Of a DNA stretch of 64,000 nt, positions 47,163-61,450 are shown piece by piece. Made by a program: the position numbers and the translations under genes. This DNA is from Cyanophora paradoxa CCMP329. Taxonomy: Eukaryota > Plantae > Glaucophyta. A model generated the notes under the pieces. The model made no database searches and had not been told where the DNA came from. It saw nothing but the letters and a program-made list of their open reading frames with translations. Position 1 is the stretch's first letter; each line of letters begins with the position of its first letter. The stretch lies in contig QPMI01000444.1 in the NCBI GenBank assembly GCA_004431415.1, positions 124,001 to 188,000 of the forward strand, written 5' to 3'.

Positions 47163-50100
47163 TCAGTCGTCGGACATGAGGAGGGCGACGCCGGCGAGGA
47201 CCCACTTGTGCTCGGGATCGTTCGACTTGAGCGTCGCGCTGAAGACGTACGTGAAGCCGCGGAGCGAGTTGAGGTAGACGGGGCACTCGTAGATGCCCTT
47301 GGCGGGCCGGTCCTCGACCTTGACGGCGGTGACGTGGACGACGGGGACGGCGGGGTGCAGCTCCTTCATGGCCGAGTCGCGGAGGCAGCCCTCCTCGAGG
47401 TCCAGGCCGGCCCCCTCCAGGAAGAAGCCGTGCACGTAGACGCCCTCCGCCGGCGGCTGCCCGTTGCTCGCCTCCAGCTTCTCGGGCCAGAGCTTGGTGA
47501 CGTCGGTGAGGAGGGACATGCGGTCGAGCGGCTGGTTCGTCTTGCGGGCCGTCACTTGCATGACCGCCGTGAGGAAGGACATCGGGTTGAAGAGGCCCGG
47601 GATCCAGACCGAGACCGGCAGCTGCTGCGTGACAGCCCACTTCGAGAGCTGCGGGGGACCGGCGCGCGTCAGAGCGGAAGAGACGCGCGCGGGGGGGTGG
47701 GGAATGAAAGGGGGCCTGCCTGCTCAACGCGGCGGAGGAGGTCGTTGAACCAGGTGCCGAGGCGCTTGAGGGAGGGGTACGCGTACTTCTCCCACTGGGC
47801 GGGGACGCGGTCGAGGAATAGGGCGGTGGAGAGGGCCTCCATCGCCTCGGAGATGTTGAGGGCGCCGGCGAGGCCGAGCTTGAGCTCGTTGAGCGTCCGC
47901 CGGATCTCGGAGAGGAGGATGTTCATGCGCTCGCACTCCTGGAGGAAGACGCAGACGAAGGGCGACTTGTCCTCCACCCGCGAGTTGATCTCGATGAGGT
48001 TGAAGTCCTCGGGCAGGCGCGCCAGCAGGCCCTCGAGGATCTCGCTCACGCGCTCCTCCTTCGAGGCGCCGCCGCCGCCCGACGAGGCGCCCTGCAGCTC
48101 GAGGATCGTCTTGAAGAGGGTCTCCCCCTCGAGCGTCAGGAAGTTGATCTCGGCGTTGGGGTGCAGCCCGAAGAGGACGGGCGACTCGAGCGGGAGGGCC
48201 GTCTCGATGTAGTTCTTGTAGAAGTCGTAGTCGCCCGGGTCGGGGCTCTTGAAGGCCGGCGCCATCTCCATCTTGGCGAGGAGCTCCTTGCGGAGGAGGA
48301 CCTTGAGGTAGGTCGAGCAGGTGCGGCGGTCCCACTTGTCGGTGATGTGCCCGCCGTACATGATCTCGCCGAACATGTACCGGATGTCCTCCCACGGCAC
48401 CTGCTCGTTCGCCTCGAGGTAGTTGTAGAGCACGTCGGCGCAGATCGTGAGGTCGCCCGTGTTGAAGCTGTAGTAGCGGGACCAGCCCTGCGAGCCGAAC
48501 TTGCGGCGCCCGAGCACCAGCGCGTGGAAGAAGCAGAGCGCGAAGAGGCAGGAGCGGTACTCGTTCTTCTTCGAGCAGCGGTCCAGGAACTCCTGGTTGA
48601 AGTTGCCGAACGCGCGCCGCAGGTTCGCCTGCCGGGCCCGCCGGGGTCAGCGAGGCGGGCGGCGGGGAGAAAGGGGCGGGGGCGGGCGGACCTTGAGGTC
48701 CTGGGGCGGCTCGTTGGTGATCTTGACGGAGGACTGGAGGATGGACTGGGGCACGACGGGGAGGAGCGGGTCGCCGAGCGGCTCGGCGGAGACGAAGCAG
48801 CGGAAGTCGGCGTGGCCCGACTCGGCGGCCGCCTCCAGCTTGCGCTCGAGGGTGGGGAGCCAGCGCTGCATGAGGTGGACGTTCTGGAGGAAGACCCAGC
48901 CGCCCTCCTGCATGCGCTTGTCGAGCGCCTCCTCGGCAATCGCCTCCTGGCCCTGCCCCATGGAGATGTTCACGAAGCGCCCGTTCTCCTCCGTGAACTC
49001 GAGCTCCTTGCCCAGGCGCTCCACGTCCAGCACGTAGTTGGCGCCCGGGAAGAGGGTGAAGAACATGGGCACGGCGGGGCCCGTCTCCGGGTACACGACC
49101 TTGATGTCGAACTGCTCCGAGTCGACGTAGCGGTCGCCCATCGTGGCGCGCACGAAGTCGCCGATGGCGCCCGACATGCGGTCGGCGCGCAGGGCCCGCA
49201 CGAGGAGCATCTTGCGGAAGGGCGTCAGCTGGTTGTACTCGCCGGGGAGGTCCGCCCGCTCCGGCTTCTCCTCCGCGATCCACTTCTTCCAGTGCACGCG
49301 GCCCGTCCCGTCGATGTCCTCCAGGATCTTGGTGAAGTTGGGGAGCTCCTTGAGGGCGCAGAGGCCCGACCACATGTTCTCCGTCAGGAACTCCTGCAGC
49401 TTCTCGGACATGGGCGGCGGCGTCGGGTGCTTCTTGCCGTAGATGAGGTACTCGACCTCGGCGGCCTCGAGGGCGGCCGCCTTGACGAGGATCTTGAGGC
49501 AGAGCTGCGTCGCCACGATGAGCTTGTGCTTCTCGAAGAGCCCGCGTCGCACGTAGTTGAAGACGTTGTACGTGATCGACTCGGTCACGTTCGCGAGGCG
49601 CTCCTTGAGGTTGCCGTCGGCCGGCTGCTGCGCCAGGTCGATGGCCCGCTCGAAGACGACGATGAAGGAGGCCAGCGAGTACTGGTAGAAGGTGTGCACG
49701 CGGACGAGCGAGTTCATGAGGAAGAAGATGAGGGAGCCGCGCGCCGCCACCGAGCGGTACGACTCGCGCGCCTCGTTGATCTGCGCCTCCGTCGCGATGG
49801 CGACCTTGACCTTCTCCCCGATCTCCGTCGCGATCAGCTTCGTCTTCTCGAGGTTCTCGATGAGCTCAACGTCCTCGAGGATGTCGCCCTGCGCGTTGGA
49901 GAGGCGGAAGAGCAGGTCGTCCTCCAGCTCCTTCAGCTTGATCTTGAACTCGTTCTGCTGCTGGATGAGCGCGCTCTTCTGCTCCTCCAGGTCCGGCCGC
50001 TCCTTCCGCACGACGCGGGCGAGCAGTTGGTCCTCCAGCCCGTCCTCCGTCACCGTGAAGTTGATGAGCGTCGTCTCGGCCTGGATCTCGGGCGGGTAGT

Positions 50101-53100
50101 GCGGGTTCGCCAGCTTCGTGTGGAGGATGAGGCGGAAGTTGGGGTGGTACTCGACCTCCTTGTCGCCGAGGCGGACGAAGAGGTTGCGGCCCTTCTTGAA
50201 GGTGTTGCGGCCCAGCACGGGGTAGAGCACGGCGTCGATCTTCTCACCGATGTTCTCGATGAGGAGCGGGCGCCCGTTCTCGAGGGCGAGCTCCAGCTCG
50301 TTGAGCATCTTCTTCTGGCCCAGGCGCACCACCTTGAGGTCGTTCTTCGCCTCGCGCTCCTTGATCCATGCGATGCCCTGCAGCTGCGGGTCCACCATGA
50401 GGGGCCACCGCGCGCAGTTCGTGAGGATCGTGCCTGCGGCCCGGGCGGTCGGTCAGCGCGCGGCGCGGGGGGGGCAGGGGGGTGCGGCGCGGGGCGGACC
50501 GTTCTCGACGGAGACGCGGTCCGAGGGGAGGCCCTGGGTGGCCCAGACGGCCATCTCGGCGTCGTTGGTAAGGATGGCGAGCGGGTCGGGGTTCGTCGTC
50601 GAGCTCATCGGGATCTTGTTGTTGACCATCCACGGGATCCACTTCTCGCGCAGCAGCTGGTTGCGGAAGCGGTTGTTGAAGCCGCCGATGTACGAGACGA
50701 AGGCGGAGGAGAGGAGGACGTCGCCGACGAGGACGCCGAGCTTGGCCTTGAGGTCGTCCACGCCCTGCGCCCAGCGGGTGTTCTCGCTCGCGAGGGCCGT
50801 CACGAGGCGCTGCGCCAGGCTGAGCTTGTTCTGGCAGCGCTCCGCCTCGGCGATGACGGCGTCCTTGGCCGCCGTCACCTCGTCGAACTCCTTGATGAGC
50901 ACCTCGAGCTTCTCGTTCAGCTCCTTCACCTTGGCCTCGGCGTCCGCCTTCTGCGTGTTCGCGTCCTGCAGCTGCTGCTCGGCAGCCGCGAGGGCGCGGC
51001 GCTTCGGCTCGACCTCCGAGACGATGTCGTAGTAGATGACGATGTTGACGACCCACTCGCAGAGGCCGGCGGCCGCCTTGGACTTGTTCATCACGTTCTC
51101 GCCCTTGAAGTCGGGCATGTTCGTGTACTGCCGCACCGCCTTGAAGTTGGCCGGCGAGACCTTCTCGGCGTCGATCACGCTCTTGAAGTCCTTCAGGTCC
51201 GCCATGAAGCGGTCGACCGAGGCCATCGACTTCTGCGCCGCCTGCCACGAGCGGTCCTTGGCGACGCCCGAGGGCGGGCTCAGGAGCACGAGCACGGCGG
51301 CCGTGATGCTGTCGACGCCGCTCGGGGGCGTCTTGAGGGACTTGAGCTCCGTCAGGTCCTTCTTGGAGAGCGTGTTGAGCGCCTCCTGGGCCTTGGCGAC
51401 GGCCGGCTCGGCCTTGGCGAGGTCCGCCGCGCACTCCTCCTGCTTCTTGGTGACCTCCTCGGCGATGCGCGCGCACTCCTCGGCCGTCACCGCCGCCTTG
51501 GACGACTCCTCCTCCACGACGCTCTTCTCGTTGCCGACGCGCGTCGCGATCGCCTCCGCCTCCGCCTTCTTCGTCTCGACCTCCACCATCTTCACCTTGA
51601 GCTCCTCCTCGAGCACCGCGACGTCCTTCGCGGTCGTCTGGAGCTTGGTCAGACCGTTCTGCAGGCGGTCGATCTGCTGCGTGAGGTTCTCCCGCTTCTT
51701 GTGCAGCATGCTCTTGAAGAGCTTGATCATCTCCAGGAACGACTTGGGCGTCGTGTAGTTGTAGCGCCGCTCCTGCTCCAGGTAGTGCACCGACGCCTCG
51801 TTCACCGTCTGGCGGGGGCCGGCGCCGTCAGCGGGGCGCGCACGCAGAGGCGGCGCGGCGGGTGCGAGGGAGGGGCACCTGGAAGGCGTTGGGCATGAAG
51901 CGCGTGACGGCGTCGCGGACCTCGTCGCTGCCGAGCTCCTCGCCGCCAAGGAAGCGCTTGGCGACGGAGAGCAGGGCCTCCTCGGGCCACGGCTGGAACC
52001 AGTCGATGACGGTGCAGCCGACGAGCGCGGGGAAGCGCCGGGCGCGGACGCGGAAGGCGTCGCCGACGGGGGAGAAGCAGAGGACCATGTGGAGGTTCGC
52101 CCGGACCTTGTCGTGGAAGTACTCGAGGCAGTTCTCGCGGGTGTCGGGCTTGCCGGCGGCCTTGACCTTGCCGCGCACGCTGTTGATGATGTTCTCCTTG
52201 TCCTCGGGGGTCCAGAGCTCGTTGATCTCGCCGGACGAGAGGAGGTCGTTGATGTAGACGAGGAACTTCTCCTCGGTGATCTGCGAGTCCGTGAAGAGGA
52301 ACATGACGGACTCCTCCTTGAGGCCCGTCTTGAAGTAGAGCTGGCGCAGGTCCTCCTTCAGCTCGTTCACCCCGTAGCTCGCCGAGATCGTGACCTGGAA
52401 GACCGAGTAGCCGCAGATGTGCGCCGCCAGGCGGGAGAGCGACTGCTTGCCGGAGCCGCCGACGCCGACGAGGAGGGCGTGCCCGCTCGGGTTGGTGATG
52501 ACGCGGGAGATGCGGCAGACGTGCTTCATGGCGTCCTCGAAGAGCACGAGGTTCATGACGGCGTTCGTCTCGTTGTACTCGTTCAGCGCCTCGTCCAGGA
52601 TCTTCTTCAGGTCGTCGAACGAGTTGACCTTGTTGTAGACGCGCTCCGCGAGGCCGCCGGCGAAGTGCGAGAAGACGAGGGGCTCGGTGAAGAGGAGGTC
52701 GGGGTCGAACTCCTTCAGGTACTTCTTGCAGACCTCCTTCGCGATCTTGCGGAAGCTGACGAGGTCGCCCGGCGAGACGAGCAGGTCGCCGTACACGCGC
52801 TCGCTCTCGTGGAGCCACAGCTTGGAGAACTTCATGGGGTCCTTGAAGTTCTCGGGCAGGCTCATAAGGATGCCCTGGAAGACGTTGGAGAGGTGGCGGA
52901 TGTTGAACTCGTAGTGGAAGTTGATGGCCGTCTTGCGGAACGTCGAGGCGACCTTGGAGTGGAGGTCGAGGGCGCCCGAGAGGACCTTCTGCGCCATCTT
53001 CTGGATGCTGTCGTCGAAGGGCCGCAGGTGACCCTCCAGGAAGGTCTGGTAGATCGTCATCAGCGACTCCTGCCCGGGGAAGGCGATGGGCATGATGTAG

Positions 53101-56100
53101 AAGTGGCGCTGGAGGCGCGGGTTGATGTTGAAGGAGCCGGCCGTCGGGTTCATGCAGCTGACGTACTGGCAGTTGTGCACCAGCTTCAGCGTCAGCTTGT
53201 TCCGGTCGTACCTGCGCGCCCCCGCGTCGGCGCGCGTTCCTTCCAGGGGGCGAGAGCGGCGCGCAAGCACCAGTGGCCGTAGTCCATGTGCTGGCGGAGC
53301 AGCTCGATGGGCGACTGGGTCATGTACGGGTCGAGCATGGGCATGTTCAGGTCGTCCACTGCGGGCCCGGGAAGGTGAGGCGACTGCAGGCGGCAGAAAC
53401 GGAGGGGAAAGAACGCGGGGGGCGCGGACCGAAGTAGATGAGCTTCTTGGTGCCCGGCGGGCCGTAGTTCTTGCCGGCCTTCTTCTCGAGCGGCTGCTCG
53501 AGCGCGTTCTGCAGCGAGAGCGAGTCCGTGAAGTAGTTGAAGTTGATCTGGGCGGGGCGAGGGCGGCGGTGAGTCCGGGGGACAGGGCGCGGCGGCGGGA
53601 CGCGGCGGGGCGGGGCGGGGCGCACGATGGTCGAGAGCGTGTCCTCGTTGAGGTTGCGGAGCTTGTCCTTGACGAGCTGGGTCTTGCCGCAGCCGGCGGG
53701 GCCGACGAGCAGCACCGGGTGCTGCCGCTCCACCATGCTGTCCAGGAAGTAGCGGCTGCAGAGGGTCTCCTGCGTCTGGACCATGACGCTGCTCATCGAC
53801 GTCTGACGCGAGTCGAACTCGACCTTGGTGACGAGCTGCGACCACGGGTTGAACTTGCGCGTCTTGTCGTCCACGTAGAAGTCGAAGACCGTCGTCTTCG
53901 TCTTCGTCGGGAAGCGGACTGTCTTCCACTCGTCCTTCCACCAGTTGTTGAACTTGGTACGGCAGTCGTTGCTCGGGTCCGTCACGAGGGTCGCGCCGAA
54001 GCACCACACGCACGCGAACGAGAAGTAGACCTCCACCGCGAACTTGTCGATCGGCTGCCCCGGCGGGAAGTTCGCGTTGCCCACCATCCCCTCGAGCATG
54101 TAGCACAGGCTCTGCACCATGTCTGCGCGGGGGGCGTCAGCGCCGGCGCCCCCCCAAAGAAGGCGCGGTTGAGATCGCGGGGCAGCGCACTGAAGTCGAG
54201 GACGGGGAGGACGTGCTTGAAGTTCTTCTTGACGAAGATGAGGGTGGGGCCGACGTACTTCTCGAACATCTCCGTGAGGGCCTCGCGCATCTCATCGCTG
54301 AACTCCTCGCGGTTCTGGATCCACGAGGCGACGAACGACTGCCACTGGGACTGGCTCTCCGAGATGTAGAGGATGCCGGCGCGGGAGACGGTGGCCGGCG
54401 TCGCGAACTTGAGGTCGCGGATCTCGAAGATGAGGCGCATGTTGGGCAGCAGCGAGATGCGCTCGTTGGAGGCGAGCGTCAGGATCTTGTTGTCGTCCAT
54501 GACGGAGTTCATGGACTCGATCCAGTTGGCGTCGAGGTCGCCGTCCAGGATGATCCACTTCGGGTTCGGGTCCGGGTTGTTGGCGAACTCGCGCATGATG
54601 TTCGAGAGGAGGCCGTCCTTCCACTCGCGCGTGGCCAGCTGCACGTAGCCGTACAGCTCGTTCGACGTGATGGCCTTGGGCGAGAGGTCCTTCACCGACG
54701 TCTTCTTGCCGGTCTTGGACTGCGCCTTGGCGAGGGTCTTGTAAACCTGCGTCTTGCCGCAGCCGGAGGGCCCGATGGTGAAGACGCAGTGGCGGATGGC
54801 GAGGAGCTCCTCCAGCTGGACGACGCGGTTGATGAAATCCTCCTCGGGCTGCAGGTGCGACTCGATGCACGTCTGCCGCACGACCTCCTCGAACTCCATG
54901 TTGCGCTTGCGCGGGATGTCCACCCCGGGGAAGAGGTCCCCGATGAGGCCCATGAAGACGACCAGGTCGTCCGAGTAGATCTTCGGCAGGTTGAAGTCGC
55001 GGAGCGCGCGCATGAGCAGCGCGTGCTCCGAGACCGTCGGCTCGGCGCGCTTGAAGGCACCGGCAACGACCAGCACCGACTTGATGGCGCGGAGGCCCCT
55101 GCGCGAGGCGCGAGTCGGCGATAGAGGAAACGGAAACCAACCGGGTCGGGGGCGCACCAGTCGTAGTGGTCCTGCTTGGAGAGGAGGTCCTTGAGAAGGG
55201 CGTAGAGGGTGACGAACTTGCGGGCCAGGACCTTGGCGTCGATGTACCCCTCCGCCATGAGCATGTTCTCGCAGATGAGCTCGAGGTCGGGCACGACGAC
55301 CGTCACGGGGCGGAAGAGCGCCTTGAGCGACTCGGGCAGCTCGGTACGGCCGAGGTAGCCGGGGTTCATCGTGATGTACGCGCCGCAGGTCGGGTCGAGG
55401 TTCGTCGGGGTGCCCAGGAAGTTGAAGACCTCCTTCTTCTCCTTGATGGCATCCAGGATGCACTTGAACTGGACCGAGCACACGGAGAGCACCTCGGCGG
55501 GCAGGCGGTTGAACTCGTCGAAGCAGCCCCAGGAGCCCGACGAGGCGAGGCCCTTGAAGATGTCGCCCATCGTGCGGTAGTCCATCTGGTCCGAGCAGTT
55601 GAAGACGTACACGGCCTTGCCGAGCTGCGAGGCCAGGTCCTTCGTCGTCTCCGTCTTGCCCGTGCCGGCGGGGCCGGCGGGGGCGCAGCCCATGATCAGG
55701 TGGAGGGACTGAGTGGCGGTGATGTAGATGCGATCCGTCAGCGGGGTGATCACGAGGCGCGGGCCGTTGCCGAGGTACTCGTAGCCGTAGCGGAACTCGG
55801 CGTCGCAGATGTTGATGAAGCAGTCCTTCCTCTCCTCGTCCCAGCGGATGCGGAGCTGCGACTGCCAGGCGAACGACTCGTGCGTCGAGACGCCGTCGCG
55901 GACGACGTTGGCGATAACGTCGCGGGCGTGCGTGTCCATGGTGATGAGGCACATGACCTTCTGACGGTCGCCGCGCTCGAGCTTGCCCTGCACGAGCTTG
56001 ATGAGCTCCGTGAGCTGGTCGATCTGGCGCTTGTTGTAGTCCTTGAGGGCGTCGGCCTTGCCCTTCATGAACTCCTCGAAGGCGGCGAAGACCTCGTTGG

Positions 56101-59100
56101 CCCACCAGATCTGGGAGGCGACGAGCACGAGCTGCGCCGGGTAGTCGAAGAGCCACTTCTCGCGCGGCTTCTCGTTGTACGCGACGACCGACTTGTAGAG
56201 GGTCGTCCGCAGCGAGTTCTTCATCGCCGAGATGAGGCGGTGGAGCCAGACCTCGACCTTGCCGTCCAGCGCGTAGTCCTGGTCGAACGGCACCTTCTCC
56301 CCCTCGGGCGCGTACATCGCCGTCGCCACCTTGACCTCCTTCCCGTCCTTCTGCTCGTCTGCGCGCGCAGGCGGCGCGGTCAGGGGCACCGCAAGGCGGG
56401 CCGACCGGTGCGCGGCGCTCACCCTTGAGCTCGAGCTTCTTGATGGCCTGGAAGATCTTGGGGAGGTGCTGCATGATCTCGCCGGGGCGGTTGCCGTTGG
56501 AGAGGATGTCGAGCAGGTCGGGCTTGGAGATGAAGTAGAAGCGGGGGAAGGCCGTGCGCTTGGCCTCGAGGTAGTCGGCGAGGGCCTTCTCGCAGAGCTC
56601 GAGCTGCTTCTGGACCTTGTCGAGGTGGTCGTAGAGGCCCTCCTTGGTGCACGTCTCGACGATGTTGGGCGTGCCGTAGGCGTCGCGCAGGACGGCCTTG
56701 ACCTCCTCGTCGACCTTGACGAAGCGCTCGGCGTCCTCGGGCAGCTCCCGCCGCACCTCGTCCGACCCGATGAAGAGGTCCTCCAAGTAGGACCACGTGC
56801 GCTGGATCTCGGCGAGGATCTGCACGACCTCGGCGACCGTCGCCAGGCACTTCTGCCACTTGGTCGTCTGCTCCTGGAAGACGGCGACGTACTTGCTCGC
56901 CATCATGTTCTGCACCATCACCTGGTTCTCCTCCAGCACCTCGAAGTCCTCCTCGGCGACCTTGACGATGTGCACGTCCGTGTCCTTGTGCTGCGTGAAC
57001 TGGAAGACGAGCTTCGACCACGTGTCCTCCAGCTTCTCGAGCGACTTCTCCATCTTCTCCTCCTTCTGCGCCCGGTCCACGATCTCGCCGACGGCGTCGA
57101 CGAAGTTGTGGAGCTGGAGGGCGAGCAGGTTCTCCAGCTTGAACTCGTCCGTGATCTCGAAGTGGACCTTCGTCTCGTCCATGAGCGACTTCCAGTGGCG
57201 GTCGCGCATCGACGGGTGCTTCAGGTCCGTGATCATGGGCAGGACGGTGAGGAAGTTCTTCACGAGCGTCTCCAGGCCCACGAAGGCGTTCCAGATGCGG
57301 ACTTTCTTGTCAAGGTTGCGCATCTCCTTCTGGTACTTCTTCGTCTCCTCGTCCATGAACTCGGTGTTGATGTCGTTCCAGAGGGTCCCCTTCCAGTCCT
57401 CGATCGCCGACACCACCTGCGCGGCGGGGCCGGCGCGTGAGCGGGGCCGCGCGGCGCGGCGCCGGGGCGGTGGCCGGGGCACACCATCGTGATGACGTCC
57501 CACATCTGCTTGACCATGAGGAGGTCGTCGCGGCACTCGCCGAGGAGCGTCGAGGGCTCTTGGATGAGGGCCCCGAACTCGAAGACGTCGGCGTAGACCT
57601 TCAGGGACGCCTTCTCCTTCTCCAGCTTGCGCATCTCCTTCAGCTGCGCGTCCATCGCCTTGTACGAGTCGGCCGAGCCCGTCTCGTACATGAAGAACGG
57701 CTGCTTCTGGAACTCCTTCCGGAACGCCTTGACCTTCTCCCCGAAGGCCTTCAGGTCGTGCTCGATCTTGTCGCCCTCGCGCTCGCGCAGCGGCCGGATC
57801 ATGTCCGCCACCTGCGGCGCCTTGGTCTTGACCGACTGCCACGTCCCGCGCCTGTCCTCCTGCTTCTTCTCGATCTTCTCCATCTCGACGCCCTTCGACT
57901 TCAAGTAGTGGACTGCGGGAGCGGGGAGCGGAGCGGGGTGAGCGCGGCGGGCGGGCCGCAGGGCTCGGGGCGCGGGGCGGGGCGGGGCGCGGGGCGGGGC
58001 GGACCGATCTCGAAGAGGGTGTCGAACTTGAGGTCAGTCGTGTCGGTGCGGTCGCGGACGTCGTTGACGCAGGCCATGACCTTGAGCAGGGCGTTCAGGT
58101 TGCCCTCCGAGACGCCGATCGAGAGCCCCGTGCTCATCGCCGACACGAACTCGTCCAGCTCCTTCATGTGCTTCGTCGCCGTCGCGTCCATCACCTTCTG
58201 CAGGTCGAGGTTCTCGCCGAAGCTGAACGGGTCGATGCTCTCGAGCGTGTTGAAGTTGTTCGCGCCGTCCACGTTGCCCCACGCGACGACCTTCTTGCCG
58301 ACTAGCTGCGCCGTGCGGCTGAGGCTGCCCATGTAGACCCGCCGCCAAGTGTTCGTCTCGAGGTTCAGGATGTGCAGGTCCTCGAACACCTTGCGGCTGT
58401 TGTTGGCGCCCTCGACGGAGCCGCCGAAGACGTAGATCTCTCCGTCGACGACCTCCATGAAGGAGCGCTCGCGCGGCTCCGGCACCGCGCCCGTTGCCTT
58501 GAGGGAGCCCTCCCACTCGGGGTCCGCCGGGTTCTCGACGTTCAGGATCCAGACCTCGTTCTTGTAGCCCGAGCCGTCGTTGCCGCCGAACAGGTACAGC
58601 TTCGTCCCGCAGACGACGCCCGAGGCGCCGTAGCGCGCCGAGGGCACCGAGGCGCCCTTGATCTCGTACGTGGCCCAGCTCGCCTTGTTGCCGTCCTCGA
58701 TGGAGAGGACGTGCAGGTCGGCGGCGATGGCGCAGGGGAGCTTGTTGAACGGCATGCGGGGCGCGACGCCCTCGGCGTACGTCTTCTCCGGCACGAGGCC
58801 GCCGAAGACGTACATGCGCTTGCCGTGGCCGACCGCTGTGTGGCACGCGCGCGGGTGCGGCGCGGTGCCCGCGACGTCGGGGGTGACCCACGCCCAGCCG
58901 TCCTTCTCCGGCTGCAGGAAGTGCACGTCGTGCATGAGCGGCGAGTCGCCCGCCACCTCGCCGAGCCCGTAGCCGCCGAAGATGACGAGCCGGTCCGCCG
59001 CGAGGGCGATCGAGTTGCCCATCCGGTGGCCGAACTGCGTGCCGGCGATGCGGGGCGCGCTCCAGGTCATCGTCTCTGCGGCCGCCGGGCCGTCAGACCG

Positions 59101-61450
59101 CGGATGGGGGACGCGGGGGACGAGGGGGCGCGGCGGGGCGCACCGGGGTTGAGGATGTTGACATCGAAGCACTCCTCGCCGCCGAAGACGACGACGCCCT
59201 TCGGGTGCAGGCCGTGCATGACGCCGTTGCGGACGAGGGGCGCCGAGCCCTGCAGCTTGTCCTTGTTCCACGACTCGGTCGCCTTGACCTTGAAGGGCGA
59301 GCCGCGGATGGGCTTCCCGTCGTACATCACGTTGACGCTCCACTCGCCGACGCCGGGCAGGATGAGCAGGCAGTCGTACGTGCCGTCGTTGTTGTCCGCC
59401 ACGCGGCAGTCGCCCTTGACGTCGCCGCACGTCGCCTCCACCACGAAGACGTCGTTGCCCGATGACCGGTTCGAGTTCTTCGTGTCCTTCGCCTGGATGC
59501 GGAACGGCGTCGGGATGCCCGCCGGGATCGACTCCAGCAGCGCCGTGCCGAACGCCAGCGTCTTGTCGGCGCGCGTCTCGTCTGCCGCCCCCGCGTCAGG
59601 CGCGCGGCGGCAGAGCCCCGCGAGAAGGCGGGAGGCGGACCGAAGTAGTTGAAAGTCGTGTTCTGCAGGTTGTAGGACTTCCCACCCATGGAGACCTGCG
59701 GGGCGGTCAGGAAAAGGAATCCTGTGGCGGGAAAAGGAGGCGGAGCACGCCTTGACGTCCGCCGGGTGGGAGCCGAACTTGGTGAAGTCGGGGGTCTGGC
59801 AGGAGATCTGGGAGTCGTTCATAAACTTGCCCGGGACCACCACCTCGCTCCCCGAGTACGAGAACTTGACCTCGATCTGCGCGGCGGCGACTCGGGGGGG
59901 GGCGGCGAGGGAGCACGAGGGGGGCGCGGCCGGGCCGGACCTTGGACGCGTCGAAGAAGTTGATGCCGCGGATGACCACATTGGTGCGGCCCGTGACGGG
60001 GCCGAGGTCCGGCTCGATGGCCGTCACAGCGTACGGGGGCCCGACGATCTCCGCTGCGCCCGGGGCTCGCGGCGGGCGGCGGAGGCGGGCGGGAGGGGGG
60101 AGGCGGGGGCGGCGCACAGACGGTGAGGTAGTGGAGGTCGCCGAGCCAGCGGTTGGCCCAGCCGCCGAACAGGATGAGGCGCGAGTTGCGCCCGTCGTAG
60201 CACATCGCCGAGTCCTCGCGCGCGATCGGCAGCGCCCCCAGCACCGTCGGGTCGATCATCGAGAGCGTGCCGGTGTCGATCACCGAGACGCTGTTCGTGT
60301 ACTCCATGTAGGCGCCCCGCCGCCCACCGAACATAAAGAACTTCCAGTCCGGAACCGACTCCACGGCCTCTCCCGCGTGGCTGCAGAGCGGCTTCGACCC
60401 CGCGTACCCGTCGTCCCCCCCGATCCGCGTCCATCCGATGTTCGCTGCCGCCCCGCCCCGCGTCAGCGCCCCGGGCGAAAAGGCCACAAGCAAAAGGGGT
60501 TGTCACCGAGGTCGGCCAGATCGAGCACGTGCAGGTCATTGAAGTACGTCTTCCCCTCCTGCCCTCCGTAGATAAAGAGCTTCTTGAAGCTCGGCGCGTA
60601 GCCCGCCGCGTGGTCGGACCGGGCCTGAGGGGGCGTTCCCTTCACGTTGGGCTTCTGCCACGTCCATGTGTCTGCGCGGGCCAGCGAAGTGAGCCGAAAC
60701 GAACCGCCGCGGAGCTAAGAGAGCGACCGACCGAGCTCAAGGATGTGGACATCGTTGAAGAACTTGCCACCGCCACCGTAGCCACCGAAAACTACCAGAT
60801 TCCGGCCTGCGAGCGTGGCCGTGTGGTGTGCGCGTTGCGGCGGTATTGCTCCCTGGCACTCGATCTTCGACCAGGTGTTCGTCTCTGCCACCCGCGGGCT
60901 CAGCGCACGCCTGCTAAGTGATAGCTAGCCGAAGCCGCCGCACCAACGTTGAAAAGGGTGACATCGCAGTGGCGCGTTCCCTTATTCAGGCCACCGAAGA
61001 TGAGAAGCTGCTTGTCGTCGATAGCTGTGGCGGAGTGTCGCCACCGCGGAGTTGGAGCTTCCCCGGTTGTCTCCAACTGCTTCCACTCAGGCGGTCCTTG
61101 CTCTGTCGCGGGCGGGGCGCGGCCTTGGTCAGAGGGTTCCGCGGAGCGGCGGGCACCGAGCGCACCGGGAATGTCCAGCGAGTAGATGTCGTTGAAGGCA
61201 CCACCGCCCTTGCCGCCATTTTGCGCGCCGCAACCCCCGAAAAGATACGCGCGGCGGCCCACGAGGGTCAGCGTGTGTCCCGATCGTGCTGTGGGCGTGG
61301 TCCCTTTGACCTTCTGCTCCTGCCACTCTACTTTTGCTGCTGGTGCAGCGGAGCTCTGCGCAGACAGCCGAGCGTTAGCGGCGCAGCGCGTGGGGCCCCG
61401 TCGGACAAGCCGGCTGGAGTCTGGAACGGCGGGCGGAGCTAACGTACCAT
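47163..61450 (-). CDS. ODA11: Axonemal outer-arm dynein heavy chain, Kelch/IPT/filamin-tailed alpha type (Chlamydomonas ODA11-like), multi-exon
   Basis: N-terminal Kelch repeats (ARSGHTL..YLFGG), IPT ([13 protein letters not shown]), filamin (DNNDGTY..IRGSPF) and more Kelch repeats. These are followed by FPRFYF, the P-loops [24 protein letters not shown] and GVGGSGKQ, the stalk, and C-terminal [10 protein letters not shown]. Confidence 0.93.

Noticed and set aside
48161-59652. Very long + strand ORFs (e.g. 1245 aa at 48161-51898)
   Set aside because: These are antisense shadows of the GC3-biased dynein exons, with no recognisable domains.
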